IMG/VR virus record: IMGVR_UViG_3300042321_002898
Span: 1-52,400 of that record
Reading direction: 5' to 3' (one strand)
DNA: 52,400 nucleotides
DNA from: a virus
Taxonomy: Duplodnaviria > Caudoviricetes
Part shown: positions 1 to 8,046 of the stretch, piece after piece
Numbering within the stretch: position 1 is the first letter of the stretch
Layout of the letters: every line of letters begins with the position of its first letter
Translations under genes and position numbers: made by a program
The notes under the pieces: model-generated
The model's database searches: none
What the model saw: only the letters and a program-made list of their open reading frames with translations
Told to the model about the DNA's origin: nothing

Positions 1-827
1 TTCCAGGCGCTGACCAGGCCGATGCCGGGAATGTGCTTGGGCTTGAAGCTCGCCCGGTGGGTGTCGAAGTAGCAGATGTTGCCGCCGGCCTTGGCCAGGG
101 CCACGTCGGCCGCGTCCTTCGAGTTGCTGATCTTGTGCACGTAGAACATCTTGTCGAGCTTCACCCAGCCCGGCGTGTCGCAGCCCTCGTGGAGGTGGCC
201 CTGCCGGTAGTAGCGGATGCCACGTTCCCTGAGGCGCAGAACGTGCTCAGCACAGAAGGTCTTGCGCAGCAGCTCGACGTCCTTGTGGTGGGCGAGTCGC
301 TGCGTGAGGGCCCAGCGCTCGACGCGCCACTCATGGTTGCCCTCGAGGTAGTGGATGTCCGGGCAGGAGCTTGACTCCATGATCGCGTCGAGCAGCCCGT
401 TTGCCACGGCCATGTCGTCCTCGTAGCTGTCGTCGGCCTCGGACACGTAGCCCAGGACGTGGTGCTCGGCCAGGAATCCGCCGCAGTTGATGAAGTCGCC
501 TCCGATGAAGATCCGGTCGGGGCGCAGGATCTTGAGATCACCGAGCAGCGCCGAGAAGGCCGCGGGGTCGACCTGGTTGCCGTGCACGTCGGAGAAGATG
601 ACCTCGACGATGTCGCCCTTGCCGGCCCTGGGGCTCGAGGGCCTCGGCACCTGGACGGCTTTCTTCCCGGCCGTGCGGGCGCGTTCGAGGGTCTTGACAG
701 TCTCGGCATGGGCCTTCCGCTCGGCCTCGAGCTGGGCCTGGGTCTCGGCCAGCCTGGTCTGGTGATCCGCGGCATGGGCCGCCTGCGCGACCTTGCCCCA
801 GTTGGTGTCAGTGGTTTCTTTTTTCAT
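1..827 (-). CDS. Calcineurin-like metallophosphoesterase (3' end runs off the window)
   Basis: Not in the ORF track; translated by hand from ATG 827 (GGAGG upstream): MKKETTDTNWGK...IFSDVHG...IGGDFIN...YLEGNHE...FYVH...FDTH. These match the DxH, GD and GNHE metallophosphoesterase motifs. Confidence 0.85.
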   Translation of the reverse strand, partial: MKKETTDTNWGKVAQAAHAADHQTRLAETQAQLEAERKAHAETVKTLERARTAGKKAVQVPRPSSPRAGKGDIVEVIFSDVHGNQVDPAAFSALLGDLKILRPDRIFIGGDFINCGGFLAEHHVLGYVSEADDSYEDDMAVANGLLDAIMESSSCPDIHYLEGNHEWRVERWALTQRLAHHKDVELLRKTFCAEHVLRLRERGIRYYRQGHLHEGCDTPGWVKLDKMFYVHKISNSKDAADVALAKAGGNICYFDTHRASFKPKHIPGIGLVSAW

Positions 828-839
828 GGATGTCTCCTC

Positions 840-1421
840 CTATTGTGTTGCCTGAAAGTGCATCGCGTCTCTCGACCAGAAGGCTCCCGCGGAGAGCCAG
901 CCCTCACGGGCAAAGATCTCCATCACGTCGAGCGGCATGTGGGCCCTGGTCGGCCAGTGCGCGTGGAGGCCATTCCGGCTCGCGTCGAGATCAATCGCGG
1001 CGGCCCGGGCATGCAGACTCGGGAGGGTTCCGCCTCGCATGTTGCGGTTGGCGTAGATTCCAAAATAGCGGTTGACCCCGGCCTCGGTCCTGGCCTCGTC
1101 GGTCCGATAGCGCTTCCCGAGCTCGTTGAGAATTCGAGAAAGACTGGGAGCGAGCCTCTCGTGGACGGCCAGCGTCCGGATGGTCTCCGGCCCGTTGTAG
1201 AGAAACATCCTGTAGGGGACCGAGATCCGGGCGGTCGAGACCGAGCCCGCCGGGCCGTAGAACGCCGTGAGACTCTTCTGATCCTGCTTTGGCCACGGAT
1301 TCGGCCTCGGCATGAGGGCCCGAAGATGGCGCTGACAGGCCAGGATGGACTTCGGTCCCCAGAAGCCGTCGGGTTCGACCCCGACCGACTCCTGGAGGAT
1401 CTGGATCTGCGTCTTTTTCAT
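840..1421 (-). CDS. Endolysin, M15-family (L-Ala-D-Glu-type) peptidase with an N-terminal peptidoglycan-binding motif
   Basis: N-terminal DGFWGPKS; SLHARAAAIDL (SxHxxxxAxD) and DAMHFQ zinc-peptidase motifs; directly follows holin and lipoprotein genes. Confidence 0.85.
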   Translation of the reverse strand: MKKTQIQILQESVGVEPDGFWGPKSILACQRHLRALMPRPNPWPKQDQKSLTAFYGPAGSVSTARISVPYRMFLYNGPETIRTLAVHERLAPSLSRILNELGKRYRTDEARTEAGVNRYFGIYANRNMRGGTLPSLHARAAAIDLDASRNGLHAHWPTRAHMPLDVMEIFAREGWLSAGAFWSRDAMHFQATQ

Positions 1422-1579
1422 CGCTCGGGCTTCACGACCTGCTTGCCGCCGGGCTCGACCGAGACGGTGACTCTCTGGTTGAGAAAGTCATAGCCGAACC
1501 CGATCCTCGGGGTGGCACAGCCCGAGAGCAGGGCTGCCACGATGAAGGCCAGGATGATGACCACGAGCGCCGTCTTCAT
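1418..1579 (-). CDS. Small lipoprotein, spanin-like (53 aa)
   Basis: MKTALVVIILAFIVAALLSGC is a signal peptide II with an LSGC lipobox; ATGA overlaps with both neighbours. Confidence 0.7.
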   Translation of the reverse strand: MKTALVVIILAFIVAALLSGCATPRIGFGYDFLNQRVTVSVEPGGKQVVKPER

Positions 1580-1752
1580 TTGCGCGAGAAGCGGCCGACG
1601 AAGGCCGCGATCGCCCGCAGCGTCTTCTCGGGCTGTTCTCCCGGAATGAGCGCGAAGATCGCGATCAGGGCCACGATGAGGCCGTTGAGGGCCACGATGA
1701 CCTCGAGCCAATTGAGCCGGGTCAGGGTCTGGATGATGTCGTTGATGTTCAT
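1576..1752 (-). CDS. Putative holin (58 aa)
   Basis: Hand translation MNINDIIQTLTRLNWLEVIVALNGLIVALIAIFALIPGEQPEKTLRAIAAFVGRFSRK: one hydrophobic helix and a basic C-terminus; AGAGGAG RBS; first gene of the lysis cassette. Confidence 0.65.
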   Translation of the reverse strand: MNINDIIQTLTRLNWLEVIVALNGLIVALIAIFALIPGEQPEKTLRAIAAFVGRFSRK

Positions 1753-1799
1753 TGTTGTTTCTCCTCTGTTGGTTGTTGACTAAAAAATATGCTTCCGGA

Positions 1800-2222
1800 T
1801 CAGGGTTGCTGCAAATCCTGCACAGCCTCCGCACTCGCCTCCGCAAAGGTCGCCTGCGGAACGCCGAAAGACTCCGCTGGTGCGGGTGTCGGGGATGCGG
1901 CCCATGAAAGCATCACGCCTTCCAACCATTGCTTGCAGGCGGTCATCTGCGGGCCGAGGGGTTTGCCTGCTTGGAGCAGGGCCATCTCAAGTCGCGTCAA
2001 TGCTTGGATCTGATAAGGCGAAAAGTAAGCCGCCGCCGCTTCTTCGGCAGTGATGGGGTCTGATTCAATTACTTCTGGTTCCGCTTGCTCCCAGTTGGCC
2101 GGAAGGTCGGTGTCGGGAATGGCGCGGGTGCCTGCGGGCGGTTTCCAGCCCTGCGGCTGGTCGGGGCGAACAAAGGTCACAACCTTGCCGTCTGATTCGC
2201 GGATGATGGCGAGTGAGTTCAT
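1800..2222 (-). CDS. Tail-fibre-associated protein (assembly chaperone-like)
   Basis: Likely start MNSLAIIRESDGKVV, 1 nt after the stop of the Gly-rich fibre gene; position is typical of fibre chaperones. Confidence 0.45.
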   Translation of the reverse strand: MNSLAIIRESDGKVVTFVRPDQPQGWKPPAGTRAIPDTDLPANWEQAEPEVIESDPITAEEAAAAYFSPYQIQALTRLEMALLQAGKPLGPQMTACKQWLEGVMLSWAASPTPAPAESFGVPQATFAEASAEAVQDLQQP

Positions 2223-2223
2223 A

Positions 2224-3561
2224 TCAAAAACAGTTGATGCGGACAAAGGCATCGCCACCGTTGCCGCCAGCGCCACTTAAAAATCCAGTAAGCGCAGCAC
2301 CGCCACCGCCGCCACCACCGCCTAATCCGCCAGCGTTGTCTCCCGCTTGTGCGTTGGCGGTTGTGGAAGCGTTTCCGCCCTTTGCGCCTGTGCCGATTTT
2401 TGGTGAAAGGTTGGGCAAAAGAAAAGATTCACGAATGTCTGTAAAAGAACTGCCCAACAACGCCCCGCCATTATATGCCGTTGGTGTCGCGTCGATGGAG
2501 CCGCCTGCTCGTCCGCCTTGAGTTGAGTTATTGTTTGAGCCGCCACCAGCGTTGCCAGTTACGCTTCCTGCAACTCCTGCACCGCCAGCGCCGCCAGAGC
2601 CAAGTATGGTTGATGCGACTCCTGCTCCAGCAATTCCAGCGGTTCCAAAGGTTGCGGTTCCGCCGCCGCCACCGCCTCCAGCACCAAAACCTGTGCTTTG
2701 CCGCAGCGTAATGTTTGGCGTAACCCAGCGAACAGATGTATTTCCGCCTGCCGTTCCGCTTAACCCGTTGCCGTTGCCCGTGCCAGCCGCCGCACCGCCT
2801 GCTCCGCCTGCGCCGACGAGAACCTCAATCTGATCTCCTCCCGTAATGCGCGTTATGAACGTGCCAAATGCACCAGCACCGCCTGCTCCGCCACCGCCGC
2901 AAACAGTGCCAGAAGCACCTACGCGCCCACTGCCGCCGCCTCCGCCCGCGCCGATCATTGTGATGACTTGCATCGTAGACCATGACGGAATGTTCCAGAC
3001 CCATGCGGAGCCAGAGCCGCCTGTGGCTCCAGACGGGGCTGTGGCGTAGTAGAAGTCGTAGGCTTCGCTTTGCAGGGCGATTTTACCGGAGGCATCGGGG
3101 ACGGTCAGCGTGCGGGTCGTCGCCGCAGACACTCCAGAGACATCGAAGGCAAGTTCCTTCGTGGGATCTGCAGAATCGTAGATCCTGAAATACTGGCTGT
3201 CATTGACCGAGGGGAACTCTCCGGCATAGTCCCAGTCGGCCAGGGTCCCGTTGTTGAAGAGCCTGACGTAGATGCCGGCGGGCTTCCGGTTGATGAACCA
3301 GACGCCGGAGTCCTCGCGAACGAGGTAGGCGGTGTTGACGGGCGGGGTCCCGACGGTGACCGGGAGATCGGCGTAGAACTGGACAGACCCGTTGACGTAG
3401 CCGCCACCTCCGCCACCTCCTCCCTCTGAGATGGCCACGAGGGCCGCGATCATGAGACGGCGCCAGGTGGCGGTGTCGAGGATGGCCGGAATCTGAGACG
3501 GGTCGACCCCGGCCGCCAGGAGTGCCAGGCGGCGGTATTCGGCGGTGTCGAGGATGCTCAC
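2224..3561 (-). CDS. Glycine-rich tail fibre / receptor-binding protein
   Basis: 445 aa; TTRTLTVPDASG fibre-type segment, then a GAGGGGG-rich C-terminal domain ending GGNGGDAFVRI; N-terminal duplicated ILDTAxxRRL. Confidence 0.7.
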   Translation of the reverse strand: MSILDTAEYRRLALLAAGVDPSQIPAILDTATWRRLMIAALVAISEGGGGGGGGYVNGSVQFYADLPVTVGTPPVNTAYLVREDSGVWFINRKPAGIYVRLFNNGTLADWDYAGEFPSVNDSQYFRIYDSADPTKELAFDVSGVSAATTRTLTVPDASGKIALQSEAYDFYYATAPSGATGGSGSAWVWNIPSWSTMQVITMIGAGGGGGSGRVGASGTVCGGGGAGGAGAFGTFITRITGGDQIEVLVGAGGAGGAAAGTGNGNGLSGTAGGNTSVRWVTPNITLRQSTGFGAGGGGGGGTATFGTAGIAGAGVASTILGSGGAGGAGVAGSVTGNAGGGSNNNSTQGGRAGGSIDATPTAYNGGALLGSSFTDIRESFLLPNLSPKIGTGAKGGNASTTANAQAGDNAGGLGGGGGGGGAALTGFLSGAGGNGGDAFVRINCF

Positions 3562-3896
3562 GTCTTCTGTTGGTTCACCGATCTCTCGAGAGACTGGATC
3601 GACCTGTCTATATCGTGGAGATTCTGAGTGAGAACATCAAAATTCTTCTGGCGCATCTGTCGTTCTTCGCGGAGTTCTACAAGGAAGGCGTCTCTGGCCT
3701 TGTCGAGGTGGCGGATGAATTCCGGGGCGACCCGGATGAGGACGTAGACGGCCGCGAAGGCGATGATCCCGAAACTGCCGAGCTCGACGAGCGGCCTGAG
3801 CCAGCCAAGATCGACCGGAGTGACGCTTCCCGTGGCAAAGATGCCCGTAACGCCCGCCAGGATTCCCCCGGCCGCGAGTTTTGCCTCGAAGATCAT
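3558..3896 (-). CDS. Membrane protein with C-terminal coiled coil (holin- or i-spanin-like)
   Basis: Two hydrophobic segments followed by a heptad-like charged tail; 112 aa. Confidence 0.45.
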   Translation of the reverse strand: MIFEAKLAAGGILAGVTGIFATGSVTPVDLGWLRPLVELGSFGIIAFAAVYVLIRVAPEFIRHLDKARDAFLVELREERQMRQKNFDVLTQNLHDIDRSIQSLERSVNQQKT

Positions 3897-3900
3897 GACG

Positions 3901-4056
3901 TTATTCCTGGGTCTCTAAAATCTCCTTCGGCACCGCCACTTCGATGGCGGCCATTAGTCCATTCAGCTTTCCGGCGGCAAATTCCATGAGCATCCGGTTG
4001 CCGCTCACGCGGGCGGCGGCATAGGCTTCGATCAGTTCGGCGAGCTGCTGTTTCAT
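3901..4056 (-). CDS. Small hypothetical protein (51 aa)
   Basis: Hand translation MKQQLAELIEAYAAARVSGNRMLMEFAAGKLNGLMAAIEVAVPKEILETQE; ATGA overlap with the upstream fibre gene. Confidence 0.6.
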   Translation of the reverse strand: MKQQLAELIEAYAAARVSGNRMLMEFAAGKLNGLMAAIEVAVPKEILETQE

Positions 4057-5594
4057 TGTGCGGCCTCCAGTGCCTCAACTTTTGCCGCCAGCTCCTGCAC
4101 GGCCTTGATAAGAATAGGAACCAACACGCTGTATTTGATCGACTTTATGCCGTCTTGGTCTTGCGAGACGAGCTTGGGCCAAATCAGCTCAAGCTCTTGG
4201 GCGACCATGCCGATCTGCTTGTTATCGGGATCGCCAATGCGGTTAAAGTTGACCACTCGGACCTGCTTCAGCGCGTTGAGTTTCGGCGTTGCGTCTACAA
4301 TGTTTTCCTTAATGGAAGCGTCCGACAACGCGCCATAACTGTTGTTGTAGTTGAGAGCGTTGCCGTCCGCCTGCACGCGGAACACATTGCGTTTCGTCGC
4401 GTCCCAATCTGAGTAATAGTCAAGAATGCCGCTTGCGGCTAATGTCGCGTTACTATAAAGCACATGGTATCCGGTGCTTGTCCAAGATGCGCCGCCCACA
4501 GTTGTGCTGGTGCTAACTGCGGTTGAGTTAAATGACACGTCTCCGGTAGAGCTGACGCGGAGGCGCTCGCTTCCGGCGGTTTCTACTGTGACGGTATCCG
4601 CCGAAGGGAAGCGGATAACTGTGTTGGTGTCGCCGCTGTGGATGATTTTGTCGGTTATCGTAACGTCTCCGGTAAGACTAATGCCCCCAGACGAGCCATC
4701 CATGACGATTGCATCAAAGACAGCTCCAACGGTGTCGGATGGCAGTAACGCCAAGTCAGTCGAGCCATCTGACTGTTTTCGCGCGTGAATCGCCGCAGCC
4801 GAAACATCCGCGCCAAGACCGAAATCAATAAAGCACGCAGTGCTGGCGCCGGTATTGTCGTTGTGGATTCTTAGTCCTGCCCCGTAGCTGCTTGAGTCTC
4901 CAAGGACAAGCGGCATGGTGAACCCTGTGCCGTCTCCCACTTGAAAAAGTTCACTCGGATTAGCCGCGCCAATGCCGACGCGACCGGCGCTCGTAATCCG
5001 CATGCGCTCCGTCACGGCGCTCGCACCATCGGCCGTGGTGCTGAAAACAATTCGACCTGGCATGTCGGCAGTTCCAGGAGAGCCATCGACCTCGATGGTC
5101 ATTCTTCCGGCAACGACCCAGTTGAGCGCGGCATCGCGCCCATCGGCCACAATGTTGGCCAGCAGATCGTTGTTTTGCACAACAGCCGGAAAAGACGCTG
5201 TTCCCCTGCCGCGGCGCAATCTTAAATAAGCAGGATCAGTCGCCGTCGCCGAATATGTATCGGAAAAATAATTCCTCGCGCTGACAGTCCCTGTGGTTGT
5301 CAATGATCCACTGGTGGAAATTGCCGTGCTTCCACCAATAGTTCCGTCAGTGATGGCGCCGCCACCGACCTGTCCGGGAGTCACAAGCTTGTTAAGAGAC
5401 GGATTGGGATATGTTCCGCCAAGAACTCCTCCAGCTGCAGTTCCCTCGCGAATAGACGGAAATCCTCCAGAAGTTAATCCATCATGCACGACCACTGTTT
5501 TTTTGTCAGTGTCAACGGTGACCTCGGCCGGAGCTCCAACGAATGGCGCATGCTGAGCCGTGGTGCCTCGTCTGAGTTGTAGTTGACTTGCCAT
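4053..5594 (-). CDS. Tail fibre with Mtd_N-like N-terminus and C-terminal peptidase S74-like intramolecular chaperone
   Basis: N-terminal LQLRRGT...GAPAEVTVDTD...VVHDG; internal ERMRITSAGRVGIG and ERLRVSSTGDV repeats; C-terminal SDASIKENI...IGMVAQEL...LIKAVQEL. Confidence 0.85.
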   Translation of the reverse strand: MASQLQLRRGTTAQHAPFVGAPAEVTVDTDKKTVVVHDGLTSGGFPSIREGTAAGGVLGGTYPNPSLNKLVTPGQVGGGAITDGTIGGSTAISTSGSLTTTGTVSARNYFSDTYSATATDPAYLRLRRGRGTASFPAVVQNNDLLANIVADGRDAALNWVVAGRMTIEVDGSPGTADMPGRIVFSTTADGASAVTERMRITSAGRVGIGAANPSELFQVGDGTGFTMPLVLGDSSSYGAGLRIHNDNTGASTACFIDFGLGADVSAAAIHARKQSDGSTDLALLPSDTVGAVFDAIVMDGSSGGISLTGDVTITDKIIHSGDTNTVIRFPSADTVTVETAGSERLRVSSTGDVSFNSTAVSTSTTVGGASWTSTGYHVLYSNATLAASGILDYYSDWDATKRNVFRVQADGNALNYNNSYGALSDASIKENIVDATPKLNALKQVRVVNFNRIGDPDNKQIGMVAQELELIWPKLVSQDQDGIKSIKYSVLVPILIKAVQELAAKVEALEAAQ

Positions 5595-5599
5595 GGACT

Positions 5600-5755
5600 C
5601 TATTGTTGATCAAAGTCTGGAAAAATGCGAATCTCAGTCATCTTGACAGATCTGATGTCTTCGCGTCCTCCAGTTGGAATGATCGGGGTTTTCAAAAAAT
5701 CATTGAGGACTATTCCGTTTTCATCCAGACATTCACTGTATTCATTATTATTCAT
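5600..5755 (-). CDS. Small hypothetical protein (51 aa)
   Basis: MNNNEYSECLDENGIVLNDFLKTPIIPTGG...; fills the gap and has an ATGA overlap with the GH43 gene. Confidence 0.4.
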   Translation of the reverse strand: MNNNEYSECLDENGIVLNDFLKTPIIPTGGREDIRSVKMTEIRIFPDFDQQ

Positions 5756-7155
5756 ACTTTTTTCCCCCACACGCAGGTGCCAGTTGCGCTCATGCCGGTG
5801 TAAACAATGGCGCTCGTCTCAAGCTCCCAGTCCCACGCGCTGAACACTTGGCACTCAAAAGTCACGCCTGAGAGAACCAGCGTCATGTTGTTTGTTCCCG
5901 ATAGGGACCATGTTCCCGCATTGGCGTTCCCAGGAATGCTGACATTTCCGCCATCCTCTAGGGCAACGGCTGACGAGGTTGCCTGCGTGTCTGAGGTTGT
6001 TGTGTGCTCAATGTGCGCATAGTTTCCGGCAACCTTCGCACTTATGATTTTTTGCGTAAATTCCCCGGCATATCGCTGCGGCATAAACATTGGCCATCCG
6101 TTGCTTGCCCATAGCACTCGGCGAACATGCAGATAGTTCCAATTAAAATCGTTGTCCAGCCGGGCATGGTGAACGGTAAAATAGTCTTTGCCCTTTTGGA
6201 AGATGGCATTATGGCCAGGAGCCACCCATCCAATTGAAGCTCCGAATTTATAGCCGCCCATGAGCTTGGTGCCTATGGCATTGGACGGACTTGAAACAGT
6301 GTCCGTCAATGATTGCCCATCCACATCAACATAGGGCCCGGTTATGGAGGCGGATCGTCCGACTCTTACATTGTAAAGTGGCTCCGGCGGTGTCAGGTCG
6401 TTAAAGCAACACTGCCCGAATGAAATAAAGAGATAATAGTAGTCAAAATCTGCATTATAGATGATATAAGCACCTTCCACCGCTTTGAATCCCGACGCGT
6501 CGCGCCGACAGATATTGGTTTTTGGGGCCCCGCTCAGAATCTTGCCCGTGCTGTCGTCAACGCGAATGACATAGATGCCATTTGCATAGGAGCCGTAAAC
6601 CATCCACCGATTGTTGTCTTTATCTTTGACAATGTTTGGATCAATGGCGTTTTCCGAGGCTCCAAAATTTGTCTTGTATACTTCTCCAAGATTTGTCCAG
6701 GGGCCATTGATTGAGTTGCTTGAAAGGACGCCAATGAACGAGTTCGTCGTGCCAAAGGTTGACGCAGAATAATACAAATAAAATGTGCTCCCGATTTTTT
6801 CGACATGCGGCGCCCACGCCCTCACAACCGAAGGTCCGCAATGCGCAGTGGCATCAGATGGAAGCGCGGAAAGGGCGTTTCCAACCCACTCCCACCTTAT
6901 TAAGTCAGGCGAGCGGCGAATCTGTATGGACAAAGGAATTGTTCCATAAACGGCTTGGTTTCCCGTCATAAAATCTGTCGAAAACGCATAATAGTAATTG
7001 TCGACAAAAATGATGAAGGGATCGCTCACATTATGAATGCGCCACTTTGAGAGGTCTGACGTGAATAGATCGTCGGGATCTCCAAGCGTATACGATGGCG
7101 CCCCGGATATTGTAAACCTTGACGAAGAAACTGCTGAAAGTGCTGGTAAAATCAT
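5752..7155 (-). CDS. GH43 endo-alpha-1,5-L-arabinanase-like glycoside hydrolase with C-terminal beta domain
   Basis: VSDP (catalytic base), WAPH, YLYYS, NAIDP (pKa modulator), EGAYI (acid), GRSASITGPYVD and PGHN motifs; C-terminal GTWSL...WDWE...VYTG...WGKK domain resembles that of Bacillus Abn2-type enzymes. Confidence 0.88.
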   Translation of the reverse strand: MILPALSAVSSSRFTISGAPSYTLGDPDDLFTSDLSKWRIHNVSDPFIIFVDNYYYAFSTDFMTGNQAVYGTIPLSIQIRRSPDLIRWEWVGNALSALPSDATAHCGPSVVRAWAPHVEKIGSTFYLYYSASTFGTTNSFIGVLSSNSINGPWTNLGEVYKTNFGASENAIDPNIVKDKDNNRWMVYGSYANGIYVIRVDDSTGKILSGAPKTNICRRDASGFKAVEGAYIIYNADFDYYYLFISFGQCCFNDLTPPEPLYNVRVGRSASITGPYVDVDGQSLTDTVSSPSNAIGTKLMGGYKFGASIGWVAPGHNAIFQKGKDYFTVHHARLDNDFNWNYLHVRRVLWASNGWPMFMPQRYAGEFTQKIISAKVAGNYAHIEHTTTSDTQATSSAVALEDGGNVSIPGNANAGTWSLSGTNNMTLVLSGVTFECQVFSAWDWELETSAIVYTGMSATGTCVWGKKV

Positions 7156-7601
7156 CAGACAAGACGCCCCGTGGCGAAGATGGTTCCGTTCAAGGCGTAG
7201 ACAAACGCACTTGCGTATTGCTCGCTAACCGCCGTGCCAATCGAATTTAGTCCTTCTGGCGCCGCAATGACAACTGCGTTGAGACCGGTATTGACGACGG
7301 TCACATTGAAACCGTTGGACAAACCAGATCCAGTGAATGTCGCGTTCAACGATCCGCTTGTCGTGTCAAAATGAAATATTTTTCCAGTATCGTCGTTTGT
7401 GAACGAGCGGCTCTGCGAGACTTCGACAATGGGCACAAGACGCAGCACGCTAACGGGAACAATTTCTTTGCCGCCTGGAATAACGCCATCGTGGACACGG
7501 ATAGAAGAACGGTCGGTGTCAACCGTTATTTCAGCGATGGCTCCGGTAAAAATGTCGTTTTCCGCGGTTGTGCCGCGCCTGAGTTGTAGAACTTGTGCCA
7601 T
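7155..7601 (-). CDS. Short tail protein with Mtd_N-like N-terminus (possible adaptor)
   Basis: MAQVLQLRRGTTAENDIFTGAIAEITVDTD...VHDG, paralogous to the N-terminus of 4053..5594. Confidence 0.7.
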   Translation of the reverse strand: MAQVLQLRRGTTAENDIFTGAIAEITVDTDRSSIRVHDGVIPGGKEIVPVSVLRLVPIVEVSQSRSFTNDDTGKIFHFDTTSGSLNATFTGSGLSNGFNVTVVNTGLNAVVIAAPEGLNSIGTAVSEQYASAFVYALNGTIFATGRLV

Positions 7602-7603
7602 GG

Positions 7604-7957
7604 CTATGTCAAATTTCCGAGATCATAAATGAAAAAAATGATTGTGTCATTGACGAATCCCATGTCAAAGGGAAACGTGAGAGGCACGATACCAGACGCA
7701 AAAACAGCCCACCGAGCATCGCCTGGGGTTGAATCCATGCACATGTAGACGACCTGTGTTTGCTGATAATCCTGAAGCCAGACAGAACCTCGACGATAAC
7801 CGCGATCGGCATCATCGAACTGGGTGGGTGGACTTACGGACCTTAGATTGCTGCGCCGAACAAACGACGTTCGTCCCTCCAGGCCAACTGCATAATCACG
7901 AAGCGTGGTGGCACCGGGAAGATAGACGGCCGGATCTAGGCTGGAGTCCTTGAACAT
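7604..7957 (-). CDS. Virion or tail-attachment protein (hypothetical)
   Basis: 117 aa directly downstream of the capsid gene; PTQFDD..GY..GSVW...VYMCMD...ARW pattern resembles fibre anchor domains. Confidence 0.45.
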   Translation of the reverse strand: MFKDSSLDPAVYLPGATTLRDYAVGLEGRTSFVRRSNLRSVSPPTQFDDADRGYRRGSVWLQDYQQTQVVYMCMDSTPGDARWAVFASGIVPLTFPFDMGFVNDTIIFFIYDLGNLT

Positions 7958-7985
7958 GTCTCAGGTTTTCTTTTCTGGGTCGATT

Positions 7986-8033
7986 ATCGGAGAGGGGGCT
8001 TCCCACTGCTTGCCCGCTGGCCCCCTCCCCGAT
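7986..8033 (-). terminator. GC-rich stem-loop downstream of the major capsid gene
   Basis: ATCGGAGAGGGGGC ... GCCCCCTCCCCGAT, a 14-bp stem with one G-U pair on the minus-strand RNA. There is no U-tract, so it may be a stabiliser or attenuator. Confidence 0.5.
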
Positions 8034-8046
8034 GTATCGAACCAGA

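Noticed and set aside
4053-7601. Diversity-generating retroelement suggested by the Mtd_N-like domains
   Set aside because: I saw no reverse transcriptase, no Avd-like gene and no template/variable repeat pair differing at adenines in the window.
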